Shown: positions 38,436 to 48,047 of the stretch, piece after piece
Position numbering within the stretch: position 1 is the first letter of the stretch
Layout of the letters: the number at the start of each line of letters is the position of its first letter
Origin: Myxococcota bacterium
GTDB lineage: Bacteria; Myxococcota_A; SURF-8; G963677705
Direction of reading: 5' to 3'
NCBI GenBank assembly: GCA_963677705.1
Contig: OY782497.1
Coordinates: 276,285 to 340,284 of the forward strand
DNA: 64,000 nucleotides
Position numbers and translations under genes: made by a program
Notes under the pieces: generated by a model
What the model was told of the DNA's origin: nothing
Seen by the model: only the letters and a program-made list of their open reading frames with translations
Databases searched by the model: none

Positions 38436-39569
38436 TTAGCGCTTGCCGCGTCGGCGTTTGGGGACATCCCCCAGAAGGGCTTTGAAATCGCCTTTGCTGA
38501 TCACGTTTTCGTTGACCTCGTCATCCTTGGAACCCCGTTTGGGATGGCTGGATGCTGGAGCTTTCCCCGAAGGCTTGGAGCCTCGCTTGCTGAAGGCTGC
38601 TCTGGCCGGTTCTGCCGCGCTTCGTTTGCGACTTGGGCTGCTCGCCTTTTCCGTGTGCGGCCCTTTTCCGGCGTTCCGTCCCCCAAAGCGACCACGAGCT
38701 TTCGGCTTGGCGGAATCATCGGAGGAGTCCGTTTTTACCCCACGACGCGGAGAGTTCCAAGCCGGGGCTGGGGCTTCGTCGTCTTCATAGGCCAGCACCG
38801 CACTGGAGAGAGGGTCCCAGTCTACCTTTTCATTTTCCAGGGGATCAAGGCCCACCTTGTGTTGCAGGTCAAAGACCTCGCGGGAAGACAGAGCCCGTAC
38901 ATCACCTTCTCTAAGATTGTCGATCTGGATCCCTGCAAAACTGATGCGACGAAGTTTCATTACAAACCCGCCGACGGCTTCCACCATGCGGCGAATCTGC
39001 CGGTTACGGCCTTCGTTGATGATGAACTGGTACCAGGCGTTGGTTTCCGTGCGGCGAATCAGTTCAATGGAACAGGGATTGGTTTTGCGACCATCCAGGT
39101 CCACCCCTTCGGAAATGCGGAAAATCTGCTCGTCCGTCAGGCCTTTTTGCACCTTGACTTCATATTCCTTGACAATGCCGAAGGAGGGGTGGGTCAGGCG
39201 GTGGGAAAGATCACCGTCATTGGTTAAAAGCAGTAAGCCTTCGCTGTCTACATCCAAACGACCGACGCTGAATACGTGGCGTTTTTCCTTCACGATGTTG
39301 TAAATGGTCGGGCGGCCTTCCGGGTCGTTACGGGTGCAGATCACCCCTACCGGCTTGTACATGGCCAGATAGATTTTGCGGCGTTCCTGAAGCGTGGTGC
39401 CACGTACACGGACGCGGTCCCGGTCCGGGTCAATGACCATTCCCTGTTCACGAACCACCTTGCCATTGACGAAGACTTCGCCACGGGCAATCAGATCCTC
39501 GGCCTTACGGCGAGAGCAATAGCCCATCTCTGAGATGGCTTTTTGCAGCCGTATCTGTTTTTTCGTCAC
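38436..39569 (-). CDS. rluB: pseudouridine synthase RluB (S4 domain + RsuA/RluB catalytic domain) with a long Lys/Arg-rich C-terminal tail
   Basis: N-terminal S4 (LQKAISEMGYCSRRKAEDLI). Catalytic Asp motif VGRLDVDSEGLLLLTNDG. About 130-aa basic low-complexity C-terminus. Confidence 0.8.
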   Translation of the reverse strand: MTKKQIRLQKAISEMGYCSRRKAEDLIARGEVFVNGKVVREQGMVIDPDRDRVRVRGTTLQERRKIYLAMYKPVGVICTRNDPEGRPTIYNIVKEKRHVFSVGRLDVDSEGLLLLTNDGDLSHRLTHPSFGIVKEYEVKVQKGLTDEQIFRISEGVDLDGRKTNPCSIELIRRTETNAWYQFIINEGRNRQIRRMVEAVGGFVMKLRRISFAGIQIDNLREGDVRALSSREVFDLQHKVGLDPLENEKVDWDPLSSAVLAYEDDEAPAPAWNSPRRGVKTDSSDDSAKPKARGRFGGRNAGKGPHTEKASSPSRKRSAAEPARAAFSKRGSKPSGKAPASSHPKRGSKDDEVNENVISKGDFKALLGDVPKRRRGKR

Positions 39570-39586
39570 GATCGTACCTTGTTTCC

Positions 39587-41731
39587 TTATTTCTTGTCCT
39601 TGTCGGAGCCGTCTCCATCCACAAACCAGTCGTCCACGGTGTAGCTGGAGGGCTCAGAGCGTTCCGCCTGTTCTTGGGGGGCGGCTTGCTCTTCTGTTGG
39701 TGAATCGGTGTTGTTGGCCATTTCTTGGGCCTGGTTCATTGATTCCGATTCGCTGGGTTCTTCGGCTTCGCTTACGGGCGTTTCCTCGGAGACGTCGTCG
39801 GAAGGCTCTTCGGGCATCTCTTCAACGATCGGAATGGTGCCTGTCTGACTGTTGGACGCGAAGGGGTCGGACTTGTGTTCCGTCTCTTGCCAAGTCTCTT
39901 CATCCGACAGTGAGTCATCCTTGCCGTCCAAACTCGCCTCGCTTCGTCCCGATTCGTCATCCTTGCCGTCCAAGGTTTCTTCGTCCGAGGGGACGGGCTC
40001 CGTCTCGGAGTCCTGCTCTTGTTCATCATTCAGGAGGGCAGGTTCGTCGTCTTGTTCGTCGAGGTCACTCTCATCCTCATCTTCCTCGTCGTCAAGCTCG
40101 CTGTCCTCGTCTTCCTCCTTACGGTCTTCGTCGTCTTCGTTCTCCTCTTCGTCCTCGTCATCCAATTCCTCGGAGTCCAGCCCGTAGCGTTCGCTGTCGG
40201 GGCTGTCTTCCTCCTCCTCGGAGTTGCTGTCGTTTTCCTCATGGTCAAGGCCGTCTTCGTCGTTTTCCTCATCCTCCGGGAATTTGCGATTCATCACCTC
40301 GTCCATTGTCGTTTCCGCTTCATGCAACGCCTGATCCAGATCCTCCGCGGCTTTTTCCAGTTTCTGCGCAGACTCCAAACGCTCCGGATGGATTTCCGGT
40401 GCGTCCAGCTCATCTTCTTCCGTGGGGACATCTCCCACCACACGGCGGATTTTCTCCTGCACGCGGCTACGGTCTTCTTGGGTCAACTCCTGGAATTCAT
40501 GAACCGGCGGCAGGTCTTTCAAGGTGGTCAGGCCGAAGAAATTGAGAAACTCTTTGGTGGTTCCATAGAGTAGGGGCCGCCCGATGATTTCCTTTTTACC
40601 GACGATTTTGACCAGTCGCCGTTCCAGAAGACGGCGCAGCATGGAACCGGAATCCGCGCCGCGGATGTCGTCAATCTCTGCACGGGTGATCGGTTGACGG
40701 TAGGCGACAATGGCCAGGGTAACCAGGGTTTCCGGGCTGAGTTTCTCTGGTTTCACTTGCAGCAGTCGACGGACCCACTCGGCATTTTCCCGATTGGATC
40801 GGGCCGCGAAGCCGCCGGAAACGGGGACGATACGCCAACCACCCTTGTATTCACGGTAGCGTTCGATGATGCTGGCCAAGGCCTGGCGGATTTCTTTCTT
40901 GCTGCTTTCGGTGACAATGGTTCCCAGGGTGTTGACCGTCATCGGCTTCCCGGAAACGAAGAGGATGCTTTCCAGAATGCTGACCAGACGGGAAAGTGGA
41001 ATCTGCCAGGGTTCGCGTTTGATGCCCTGGCTATCCTGTTCGTCGTCCTCCTCGTTTTCATCCTCCAGTTTCACCGCTTCCAGGGTTTCATAGCTGATGT
41101 TTTCCGCCGAGACATCGGCAGGCCAGCTATCCGCCTCAGCTTCAGCCAAGGGAATGAGCTGTCCTTCGGCTTCATCCTGGATTTCGTTGGAGCCGGAAAA
41201 GAGCAGGCCGGGGTCCAGTAAGGGGTTGTCTACAACCTTGGTGTCTTCGTCGTTCTCGTCTCGTTCATCCGGATCATCCGCTAGGTTTTCCGGGCTGGGA
41301 TCGCTACCATTCAGGGCACTTTCTTCCTGCGAAGAGGGGCGATCCTCCGGCTCCGTGTTTGGGTTCTGATGTTGATTCTCCGCCGCCGAAAGAATCTCGG
41401 TATCGGATGCCGTGGCCGCCGGAAGCCCTTCTTGGGTGTCCTGCTTCACTTCGGCGGGTTCCACCTCCAGAGGAAGTTGGTCACCGATCTTCGCTTCCCA
41501 GTCCTGGGGCTGATCGTCAGGGATGACGGAATACCGGCTGGTGTCGGGTTTCTTCGGCTTCTGGGTTTCATCATGGATGACGAAGCGGAAGGGCTGGGTG
41601 TCCGAAGGCCTTGGCTCCGGGGTGAACTCCTCCGGCGGTGGTGTCGCCTGTTGCCCATCGTCGGTAGCGGGCACAAAGGTTTTAATCAGATCCGGCGGCG
41701 GGGCCAAGGTGTTTTTTTTGTTATCCGTCAT
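39587..41731 (-). CDS. scpB: segregation and condensation protein B (ScpB) with very long acidic N- and C-terminal extensions
   Basis: Central winged-helix ScpB core (VSILESILFVSGKPMTVNTLG...AIVAYRQPITRAEIDDIRG) flanked by several hundred residues of D/E-rich low complexity. 714 aa, versus about 200 aa typical. Confidence 0.75.
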   Translation of the reverse strand: MTDNKKNTLAPPPDLIKTFVPATDDGQQATPPPEEFTPEPRPSDTQPFRFVIHDETQKPKKPDTSRYSVIPDDQPQDWEAKIGDQLPLEVEPAEVKQDTQEGLPAATASDTEILSAAENQHQNPNTEPEDRPSSQEESALNGSDPSPENLADDPDERDENDEDTKVVDNPLLDPGLLFSGSNEIQDEAEGQLIPLAEAEADSWPADVSAENISYETLEAVKLEDENEEDDEQDSQGIKREPWQIPLSRLVSILESILFVSGKPMTVNTLGTIVTESSKKEIRQALASIIERYREYKGGWRIVPVSGGFAARSNRENAEWVRRLLQVKPEKLSPETLVTLAIVAYRQPITRAEIDDIRGADSGSMLRRLLERRLVKIVGKKEIIGRPLLYGTTKEFLNFFGLTTLKDLPPVHEFQELTQEDRSRVQEKIRRVVGDVPTEEDELDAPEIHPERLESAQKLEKAAEDLDQALHEAETTMDEVMNRKFPEDEENDEDGLDHEENDSNSEEEEDSPDSERYGLDSEELDDEDEEENEDDEDRKEEDEDSELDDEEDEDESDLDEQDDEPALLNDEQEQDSETEPVPSDEETLDGKDDESGRSEASLDGKDDSLSDEETWQETEHKSDPFASNSQTGTIPIVEEMPEEPSDDVSEETPVSEAEEPSESESMNQAQEMANNTDSPTEEQAAPQEQAERSEPSSYTVDDWFVDGDGSDKDKK

Positions 41732-41794
41732 GGTATTTTACATCAAAAGCGTGACAGGGTTAGCGTGTAACGAACGGTTCATTAGGAAACGAAA

Positions 41795-42760
41795 CTAGCT
41801 GGAGGATTCATCCTCCGGCTTGTCGGCGGTAATCATGCGCACCACATCTTCGGCCTGTACCTTGTCCATGACATCGTCACGGGCTTGACAGTAGATTTCA
41901 CCGCCCAGACCACTTTGGTAGACGAGAAGAATCCGTAATTTGGTCAGTTCCAGCAGGGCCAAAAAGGTGGTGACAATGTCCTCTCGAACCAGCGCCTGGG
42001 TGAGCAGGTCACGAAACAAAACCCGCTTGGAAGCACGGAGAATACTGAAAATCTCATGGATTTTCTCATCCAGGGTCACCGTTTCACGGTCCAGGGTGTG
42101 AACGTATTGCTTCTGCTCTTCGTCCTCACGCTGGGAGAGGATCTCCGCAAAAGCTTTGACCAGCGTGAACACGCTGACTTCTTCCAGGTTCAGGTCTGCG
42201 TCATCTTCCTTTTTCACCGAGCGTTCACCCGGCGTAGGGAAGACATCCCGGCCTAACAGCGGCAGGCTGTCCAGCTTGCGTGCCGCGTCGATATACTTCT
42301 TTTTCTGAAGCAGGCAATCCATCAAAAACGCGGTCATTTCCTCAATGTCAATGGCATCTTCCTCGTCGTCTTCTCCGGTGTCGGGAAGCAGACTGCGGCT
42401 CTTCATGTGAATCAGCAACGCCGCATACCAGAGGAAATCCGCAGCGACATCCAGGTTCAGCTCCTGCATTTTCTCAATCTGACCCAGGTAGCCATCAGTG
42501 ATGTCGGAAAGCGAGATATTGAAGATGTCCATCTCTTTTTCTTGAATCAGGTAGAGCAGCAGATCCAGTGGACCCGCCCATTCGCCAGCCTGCACCTGGA
42601 AGCTTTGCTCCCTGGCATAAGGGCTTTCCGGCAAGGGTTTCTTGCGCTCGTTTGTCTCTGGACTGGCTTTGTTCTCGCTCACCGGAAAACTCCAAGAATC
42701 CTGGGGATTGGACAGGGCTAACCACGCTAATTCTCTAGCGCAATGGTCTTCGTTTGGCAA
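41795..42760 (-). CDS. scpA: segregation and condensation protein A (ScpA)
   Basis: ScpA signature WAGPLDLLLYLIQEKEMDIFNISLSDITDGYL. Start uncertain because of N-terminal overlap with the upstream gene. Confidence 0.8.
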   Translation of the reverse strand: MPNEDHCARELAWLALSNPQDSWSFPVSENKASPETNERKKPLPESPYAREQSFQVQAGEWAGPLDLLLYLIQEKEMDIFNISLSDITDGYLGQIEKMQELNLDVAADFLWYAALLIHMKSRSLLPDTGEDDEEDAIDIEEMTAFLMDCLLQKKKYIDAARKLDSLPLLGRDVFPTPGERSVKKEDDADLNLEEVSVFTLVKAFAEILSQREDEEQKQYVHTLDRETVTLDEKIHEIFSILRASKRVLFRDLLTQALVREDIVTTFLALLELTKLRILLVYQSGLGGEIYCQARDDVMDKVQAEDVVRMITADKPEDESSS

Positions 42761-43962
42761 GGCATTTGTAGCCCTTGGGAGAGCAAAAAGTAAAAGCAGA
42801 GGGCAAGTTCACCGTCAAACCAACTGTTGTGTACCAGGCCCGTCAGAGCGAAAACCAGCACCACGGCCCGAAGCCAGAGGGAAGAGCCTTTGGCATCCAG
42901 CCAAAGGGTGGACAGGAGCCAGAGGTAAGCCACGGCTCCCAAAACACCGCTTTCCAGCCAAAACCCTAAGAAATCCATGTGGGTTCCACTGCGGATAAGG
43001 CTTTGTGGGTGCAGCACGGAAAAGAGGGGATCAAGGCTCAGGAAGCTTCGACCATAGCCCAGACCAAGGGGAAAGCCCGATGAGAGCCCCTGTTCACTGA
43101 CTCCCCAAATGGCCAGGCGGTTGGACCACCCCTCCAGGCTTTGCATCTCCTGCCAGCGAGGAAGAAAGGCCAGCACAACCAGGGCGCAAATCAGGCCGCC
43201 GAGGAAAATTAAACGGGATTTCCCTCGTTTTTCAGGAAGTGATTGCCAGAAAAGATACCCTTGGCTCAGCAGCAGGGCCAGCAAGGCTGCACGACTTTGA
43301 CTGGCCAGGACGCAGAGGCTTAGGGCGATCAAGGCCAGGCGACGAGGCCAGACCGAGGCGTTTTCCTGCCCAGGCCAGCCGCTTACCCAGGCTGCCAGCA
43401 GGGCGCAGAGCGTCCCAAAGGTGTGATGCCGATTGAAAAAGCCGATGGCGGCAAAGGAGTTCCCATCCAGACGGAGAATCTTCGCCTGTTTCCAGTGGGC
43501 AAGGTCTAGGCCCGTCAGGTTTTGCAGGATGGCATATATAGCGAGTAGGAGAGCCAACCCGGCGAAAGCTTGTTGCCGCTGGGGTGAAAAAAACAGATGG
43601 CTTGTCCTCAATTCGTTTTGTGGGCTTGAGCGAAGGCTGGAGAACACGGGAAGCATCAGCCAGACCCACAGGCCGCCCATGCGTGGGCCATCCCAACCAA
43701 GAGCAGAGCCATGAAGCCAGGATGTCAGGATGCTACCCAAAAGCAAGGTCAGGGGAAGATACACCGAAAAGCGGGGGCTTGTTTTGAATGCCCCGGAAAG
43801 AAGCCAGAACACAAAGCCCAGAACCAGCAAGGCTTGCGTCAGCCAAAGGCTGGTCGCCAGCGCAAAAGGCATCGCCAGGGTAACCACGGCTAACACGTGA
43901 GAAGCCTTTGAATGCGGCGATGATGGGAAGGCTGGCTTGGTCATCGTCTCCTCACACCTCAC
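42727..43962 (-). CDS. polytopic membrane protein, O-antigen ligase/polymerase (Wzy_C)-like
   Basis: About 11 TM helices with a large periplasmic loop, the topology typical of O-antigen ligase family members. Weak family assignment. Confidence 0.45.
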   Translation of the reverse strand: MRCEETMTKPAFPSSPHSKASHVLAVVTLAMPFALATSLWLTQALLVLGFVFWLLSGAFKTSPRFSVYLPLTLLLGSILTSWLHGSALGWDGPRMGGLWVWLMLPVFSSLRSSPQNELRTSHLFFSPQRQQAFAGLALLLAIYAILQNLTGLDLAHWKQAKILRLDGNSFAAIGFFNRHHTFGTLCALLAAWVSGWPGQENASVWPRRLALIALSLCVLASQSRAALLALLLSQGYLFWQSLPEKRGKSRLIFLGGLICALVVLAFLPRWQEMQSLEGWSNRLAIWGVSEQGLSSGFPLGLGYGRSFLSLDPLFSVLHPQSLIRSGTHMDFLGFWLESGVLGAVAYLWLLSTLWLDAKGSSLWLRAVVLVFALTGLVHNSWFDGELALCFYFLLSQGLQMPCQTKTIALEN

Positions 43963-44230
43963 CGGGACGCCTTTCGGCTGTTCATTGAGCGTATGGGTAC
44001 CAGTATGGACCGGCCAGATAGGTATCAGATTTTCCGGGTCGGGTCAATGGGCCCGACCTGCGGTTTCAGGGCCGTCCAATCGTGAAAGGGGGCTCTCGTG
44101 TTGAACCGAGCCCACCCCCCGTTTGAATGAAGAACATTCTACAAAATGAAGAGCGTTCTACAATGAGGTGTGCCTTGGGGTGAATCGTTTCAGTTCAGCT
44201 TTATCGCTTCGCCTATTCCGGTCGTGCCCT

Positions 44231-45037
44231 CTAGGGAGCAGACGCGATGGAGGGTAGGGTGACAATGATTCCCGTGCTGATGCCTGCGGAGAGCTTTTCG
44301 CCGGATTGGGGGAGATCCACATTGACTTGGTTGATCATCTCAACGGCATCGCCCAGGGTTACATTGTACCCCAAAGCCAGGCCGCCAATCTCTACCGTCT
44401 GTTCTCCATCATCATGATTATGGGCAAAGGCCATATCGTATTCCAGCAGGAGTTGATGGGCTTCCGTGATCGTCCAGTACGTTCCCCAGGTCATTTCCGT
44501 CACGGGAGCCAGTTCAAACCGGGTTTCGCTTTCGTCGATGCGTAGGGTCTCCGGATCATCCTCTACGCTGGTATCTCGTCCGGTAAGTACTTCACCCAAA
44601 CGTAGGTAGATCCCCCACAGGGAGCGCTCCGGTCTCAGATCGACATTCAATTCCAGGGAGGGGGTCAGGGCAAACTCGCCGCTTGCGATGGAATTGTCTA
44701 AAAAGAGATCAAGATCAACATGATCGGTATCCAAAGGCGTTCCGTAGATCCCAAATCCCAGACTGCCGGAACCGTCACCCAGGGCTTCATTGCTTTGCGC
44801 ACTGACACCGAAATAGGCAGAGAAATTGTCCATCAGGCCATAACCAAGCACCATCTCGGAAAACAAGGTTTTTTCATAATCACCTTTGCCGAGCCCCTCC
44901 GCTCCCAGGTAAAATTCAACATCCGTTGCTCCGACATCAAAGGGTTCGGTGGTGTCGACTGCTTGGGCGAAATGGGGATATACAAGGGTGAACGCAGCCA
45001 AGAGAAGGGAAAAGATGAAGGATATAGAATGTTTCAT
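44231..45037 (-). CDS. secreted protein, probably a small outer-membrane beta-barrel (hypothetical)
   Basis: Signal peptide (AFTLVYPHFAQA) and alternating hydrophobic patterns. 268 aa. Confidence 0.5.
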   Translation of the reverse strand: MKHSISFIFSLLLAAFTLVYPHFAQAVDTTEPFDVGATDVEFYLGAEGLGKGDYEKTLFSEMVLGYGLMDNFSAYFGVSAQSNEALGDGSGSLGFGIYGTPLDTDHVDLDLFLDNSIASGEFALTPSLELNVDLRPERSLWGIYLRLGEVLTGRDTSVEDDPETLRIDESETRFELAPVTEMTWGTYWTITEAHQLLLEYDMAFAHNHDDGEQTVEIGGLALGYNVTLGDAVEMINQVNVDLPQSGEKLSAGISTGIIVTLPSIASAP

Positions 45038-45294
45038 GATCTGTCTCTAAGGTTAACGACTTGCTAAAGTAGAGCTGTCTAACAACAAGGATGCAGACTA
45101 ATATCTTAAGGCTTATCAAAATGTCAAGCCTTTTCTTGAGTCCTTGGGGGATGACTTGATCTTGTTATTCCACGGTGCGGAATTGTCTTGACAAGAAAAC
45201 GTTTTCAGGTACTCTGATACCATTGCTACTGCCTCAAAACGATGAACGGAATTGCTTCAAACTGCGTGGATTCGCTATCCAGGGAGTGGAACGG

Positions 45295-46197
45295 ATGAGC
45301 CAACATCGTCTGACATTCACCGGAACGGGAAATGCGTTACGGTTTCGGTCCTATTACGGCCTGGAGCGTTTATTCAACAATAACCTGTTGATTGAAACAA
45401 CGGACCAGCACGGTCACGAACGCAAACTGATGGTCGATTGCGGACGGAATCTCCCGGAGGCTTTGGAAGCGCTCAGCCAGAAGCGCCAGAAGCTAGGGGC
45501 CGAACCGCTGGATTTCATGTCCATCACGGATATTTTTATTACTCATCTACATGCCGACCATGTGGGAAGTCTGGAAGACAAGGCCTTTATGGACATGTTT
45601 GTCTCCGGGTTCATTTATGGTCAGCGCAGGCGGACGAAGCTTTATGGAAAGCTCCTGTTTTTGCGGGAGTTGTGGGACCGCTGCCTCGCCGGTGGTTTGA
45701 CCAGCATCGAAGGAATACGCAACACGCTGGATACCTACTTTGATGTGATCGAACTCCGAAACAAAGAAGGCGTGGAGCCGGAGTTTTCCATTGGCAAGCT
45801 TCGTTTCCAACTGGTTGCGACGGACCATGTCCGGGTGGATCATCCTCAGGATTACCCTAGTTGGGGCGTGGTGGTTCGAGACGAACAAGACCGTTCTTTC
45901 TTCTTTACCGGAGATACCAAAGCCAGGCTGGATCTCTACGAGCCGATCTTCGACTCGGTTGATCTGGTTTTCCATGATTGCGAACTGGCTGATTTCCCTG
46001 GAAGCATTCACGCACAGTTCCATGAGTTGGCCCAGTTCCCGGAAGAGTACCGGCGTAAGATGTATCTGGTTCACTACAGTCCGTACTACACCAAGCCGGA
46101 TTGGAAAACCAAGGTGGAGGAGAACGGCTTTCTCGGTTTTTGGGAACAGCAGCAGACGGTGGACTTCGATCAGCTTTTCAACGCTGTAGGAACGTGA
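45295..46197 (+). CDS. metallo-beta-lactamase-fold hydrolase
   Basis: HxHxDH motif (THLHADHVGS). GGGAG RBS. The ORF is open from 45175. Confidence 0.7.
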   Translation: MSQHRLTFTGTGNALRFRSYYGLERLFNNNLLIETTDQHGHERKLMVDCGRNLPEALEALSQKRQKLGAEPLDFMSITDIFITHLHADHVGSLEDKAFMDMFVSGFIYGQRRRTKLYGKLLFLRELWDRCLAGGLTSIEGIRNTLDTYFDVIELRNKEGVEPEFSIGKLRFQLVATDHVRVDHPQDYPSWGVVVRDEQDRSFFFTGDTKARLDLYEPIFDSVDLVFHDCELADFPGSIHAQFHELAQFPEEYRRKMYLVHYSPYYTKPDWKTKVEENGFLGFWEQQQTVDFDQLFNAVGT

Positions 46198-46232
46198 ACC
46201 GAGGCCAACGCAATCTATTTTCACTTCGCAAC

Positions 46233-46262
46233 AAAAACGGGGCTTTTGCCCCGTTTTTTCGT
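46233..46262. terminator. bidirectional intrinsic terminator
   Basis: aaacggggc-tttt-gccccgttt, flanked by an A-run on one side and a T-run on the other, between the convergent MBL-fold gene and the glp operon. Confidence 0.65.
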
Positions 46263-46311
46263 CCCGTTTCTAGTGTTTCTTCAATTCAGAATCCGAAACA
46301 CTTCCTGCGGA

Positions 46312-46761
46312 TTATGCCGCGTTGGTTTTTGCCGCATGACGCTGGATCAGTTTCACGAGAGGCTCGATCTTTACGCCGGTAGGGCATACCGAAAGGCAAT
46401 CATGGCAGGAGGTACAGGCTCGGATGTGGTCGGCCAGGGGGAGCGCCTGCACGCTTCTGGAAAGATCGCGGGATTGCCCATGAGCCAGGTGGGAAGGGCC
46501 GCACATCGCAGGAATCAAGGAGGCCGGTTCGCAAAGACTGTCGCATAGACCGCAACGGATGCAGCGGTTGAGTTGGGAAATCCACAAGGTTTCCTCATCG
46601 CTCAGCGTGGCGATGTGATCTTCGCGGAAATTCCGGTCGAAAGCTTCCAGCGGAGAAAGCCCTTGTTTGCCTCGCAATGACTGCAAGGCTCGATACCCTT
46701 TACGGATGAAGTGGGCGATCAGATACAGACCCACCACGAATTTTGCCCAGAGTTGTTTCAT
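46312..46761 (-). CDS. small membrane-anchored 2x[4Fe-4S] ferredoxin-like subunit (short GlpC-like)
   Basis: N-terminal TM helix. Two Cys clusters, CIRCGLCDSLCEP and CTSCHDCLSVCP. A 4-nt overlap with glpB indicates a shared operon. Confidence 0.6.
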   Translation of the reverse strand: MKQLWAKFVVGLYLIAHFIRKGYRALQSLRGKQGLSPLEAFDRNFREDHIATLSDEETLWISQLNRCIRCGLCDSLCEPASLIPAMCGPSHLAHGQSRDLSRSVQALPLADHIRACTSCHDCLSVCPTGVKIEPLVKLIQRHAAKTNAA

Positions 46762-48047
46762 GATGCCTTCTCCTGCGTGCTGTTTGGACGAGAGGAATGG
46801 CTTCCAAGTTTCGCCGCTCTGGCTGCTGTCGCCAGGTCTACGCCATCGGCTTCACCGCTGGTGAAGGGATCGAAGCCGCCCAGCAGATGGCCACAGGCGA
46901 ACAGGTTGCTGTAAACGGTTTCGTTCCGCTCGTTCCGTACCCGGCAGGCGTTGTCGATCCGTAGCCCCAAGGTGTTGAGAAGTTGGCTGTGACGGAAGTC
47001 TTTATGGGTCAGTCGTCCCGGATAGACATCCGTGACCCGCTGGTCTTGCACGAAAAGGGGGAGGTTCAACAGGGATTCGCGGAATCGACTTCCCGTAACC
47101 TGAATGCCTCCGCCCAGAGTTTTTCCGCTTGCCAGAATCAGTGAATCCACCGGTAAGAGGCTTTGACCATCCGGTCCGTGCAGAGCCACGCTTTTAATCA
47201 AACCGCCTTTGGTGTGAATCTGGCGGACATCACCCCGGCGAAGGGGGATCTCCCGTTGTTCCAGGCCGCGTTCCAGTGCTTTTTGCAAGCGAAGGCCCAA
47301 GACGCTGTCCAGGGAAGCGGCCAGTTCATACACCGGTTGTTCCAGGATCTGGCTCAGCTTGAAAGCAAGGTCGATTTTCTCCAGGCCCAGGATGGGAGGC
47401 AGGAAGAGAGTCGCCTCTTCGCGGTAGTGTTCAGATTGGCGGATGGCATCGGCCAGGGCTTCCAGGTTTTCGTCTTGGTCCAGCAAGCGGGCCAGATGGG
47501 CCGGTTTCTCGACATAGGCCCGTTTGATGAAGGCACAGTCAACCGCCAGCAAGTCCGGGGAAGGGCGATCCTGCCGTTGCAGGTTCTTGCCTCGGAACGT
47601 GGGGAGTTGGCGGGGGCAGACAAGCTGGGCGTTTTCTGCAAGCAGAGCTTCGGCCCCCATGCTGGAAGGCTTGACGTAGACCAGAGGTCTACTGCCATTG
47701 TCTGCAACGGTGCGAAAAGGCATTCCCTCAAGATTCAGGGAGGAAGGCCAGAAGCCATCCAGCACGCTGGTGACGGCGGCGTAACCTTGGGAGAGATCCG
47801 CTGCGGCATCGGCAAGGGCTGCGTAGGGATGATGCGTTGAAGCCATCGCACTGTGATGGATCGCCTGCTTCAAGCCTGGACGTTCGGAGCCGGCATGGTG
47901 TGGATTCCCTAGAAACAGAGCGCCGCTGGAAAGGGCGGTTCGTCCATAGCTGCGGGCCACCACGCTTACCTCATGCCCGGCTTCATGGGCACAGAGTGCC
48001 GCCGTGGTTCCGGCCAGCCCATTGCCAAGTACCAGTACGCGAGCCAT
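46758..48047 (-). CDS. glpB: anaerobic glycerol-3-phosphate dehydrogenase subunit B-like flavoprotein
   Basis: N-terminal FAD fold VLVLGNGLAGTTAAL. 429 aa. Its start overlaps the glpA stop. Confidence 0.7.
   Translation of the reverse strand: MARVLVLGNGLAGTTAALCAHEAGHEVSVVARSYGRTALSSGALFLGNPHHAGSERPGLKQAIHHSAMASTHHPYAALADAAADLSQGYAAVTSVLDGFWPSSLNLEGMPFRTVADNGSRPLVYVKPSSMGAEALLAENAQLVCPRQLPTFRGKNLQRQDRPSPDLLAVDCAFIKRAYVEKPAHLARLLDQDENLEALADAIRQSEHYREEATLFLPPILGLEKIDLAFKLSQILEQPVYELAASLDSVLGLRLQKALERGLEQREIPLRRGDVRQIHTKGGLIKSVALHGPDGQSLLPVDSLILASGKTLGGGIQVTGSRFRESLLNLPLFVQDQRVTDVYPGRLTHKDFRHSQLLNTLGLRIDNACRVRNERNETVYSNLFACGHLLGGFDPFTSGEADGVDLATAARAAKLGSHSSRPNSTQEKAS

Noticed and set aside
39535-40545. 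336-aa Pro/Arg-rich plus-strand ORF
   Set aside because: Antisense to the acidic GA(A/G)-rich scpB extension. Low-complexity composition produced by codon complementarity.
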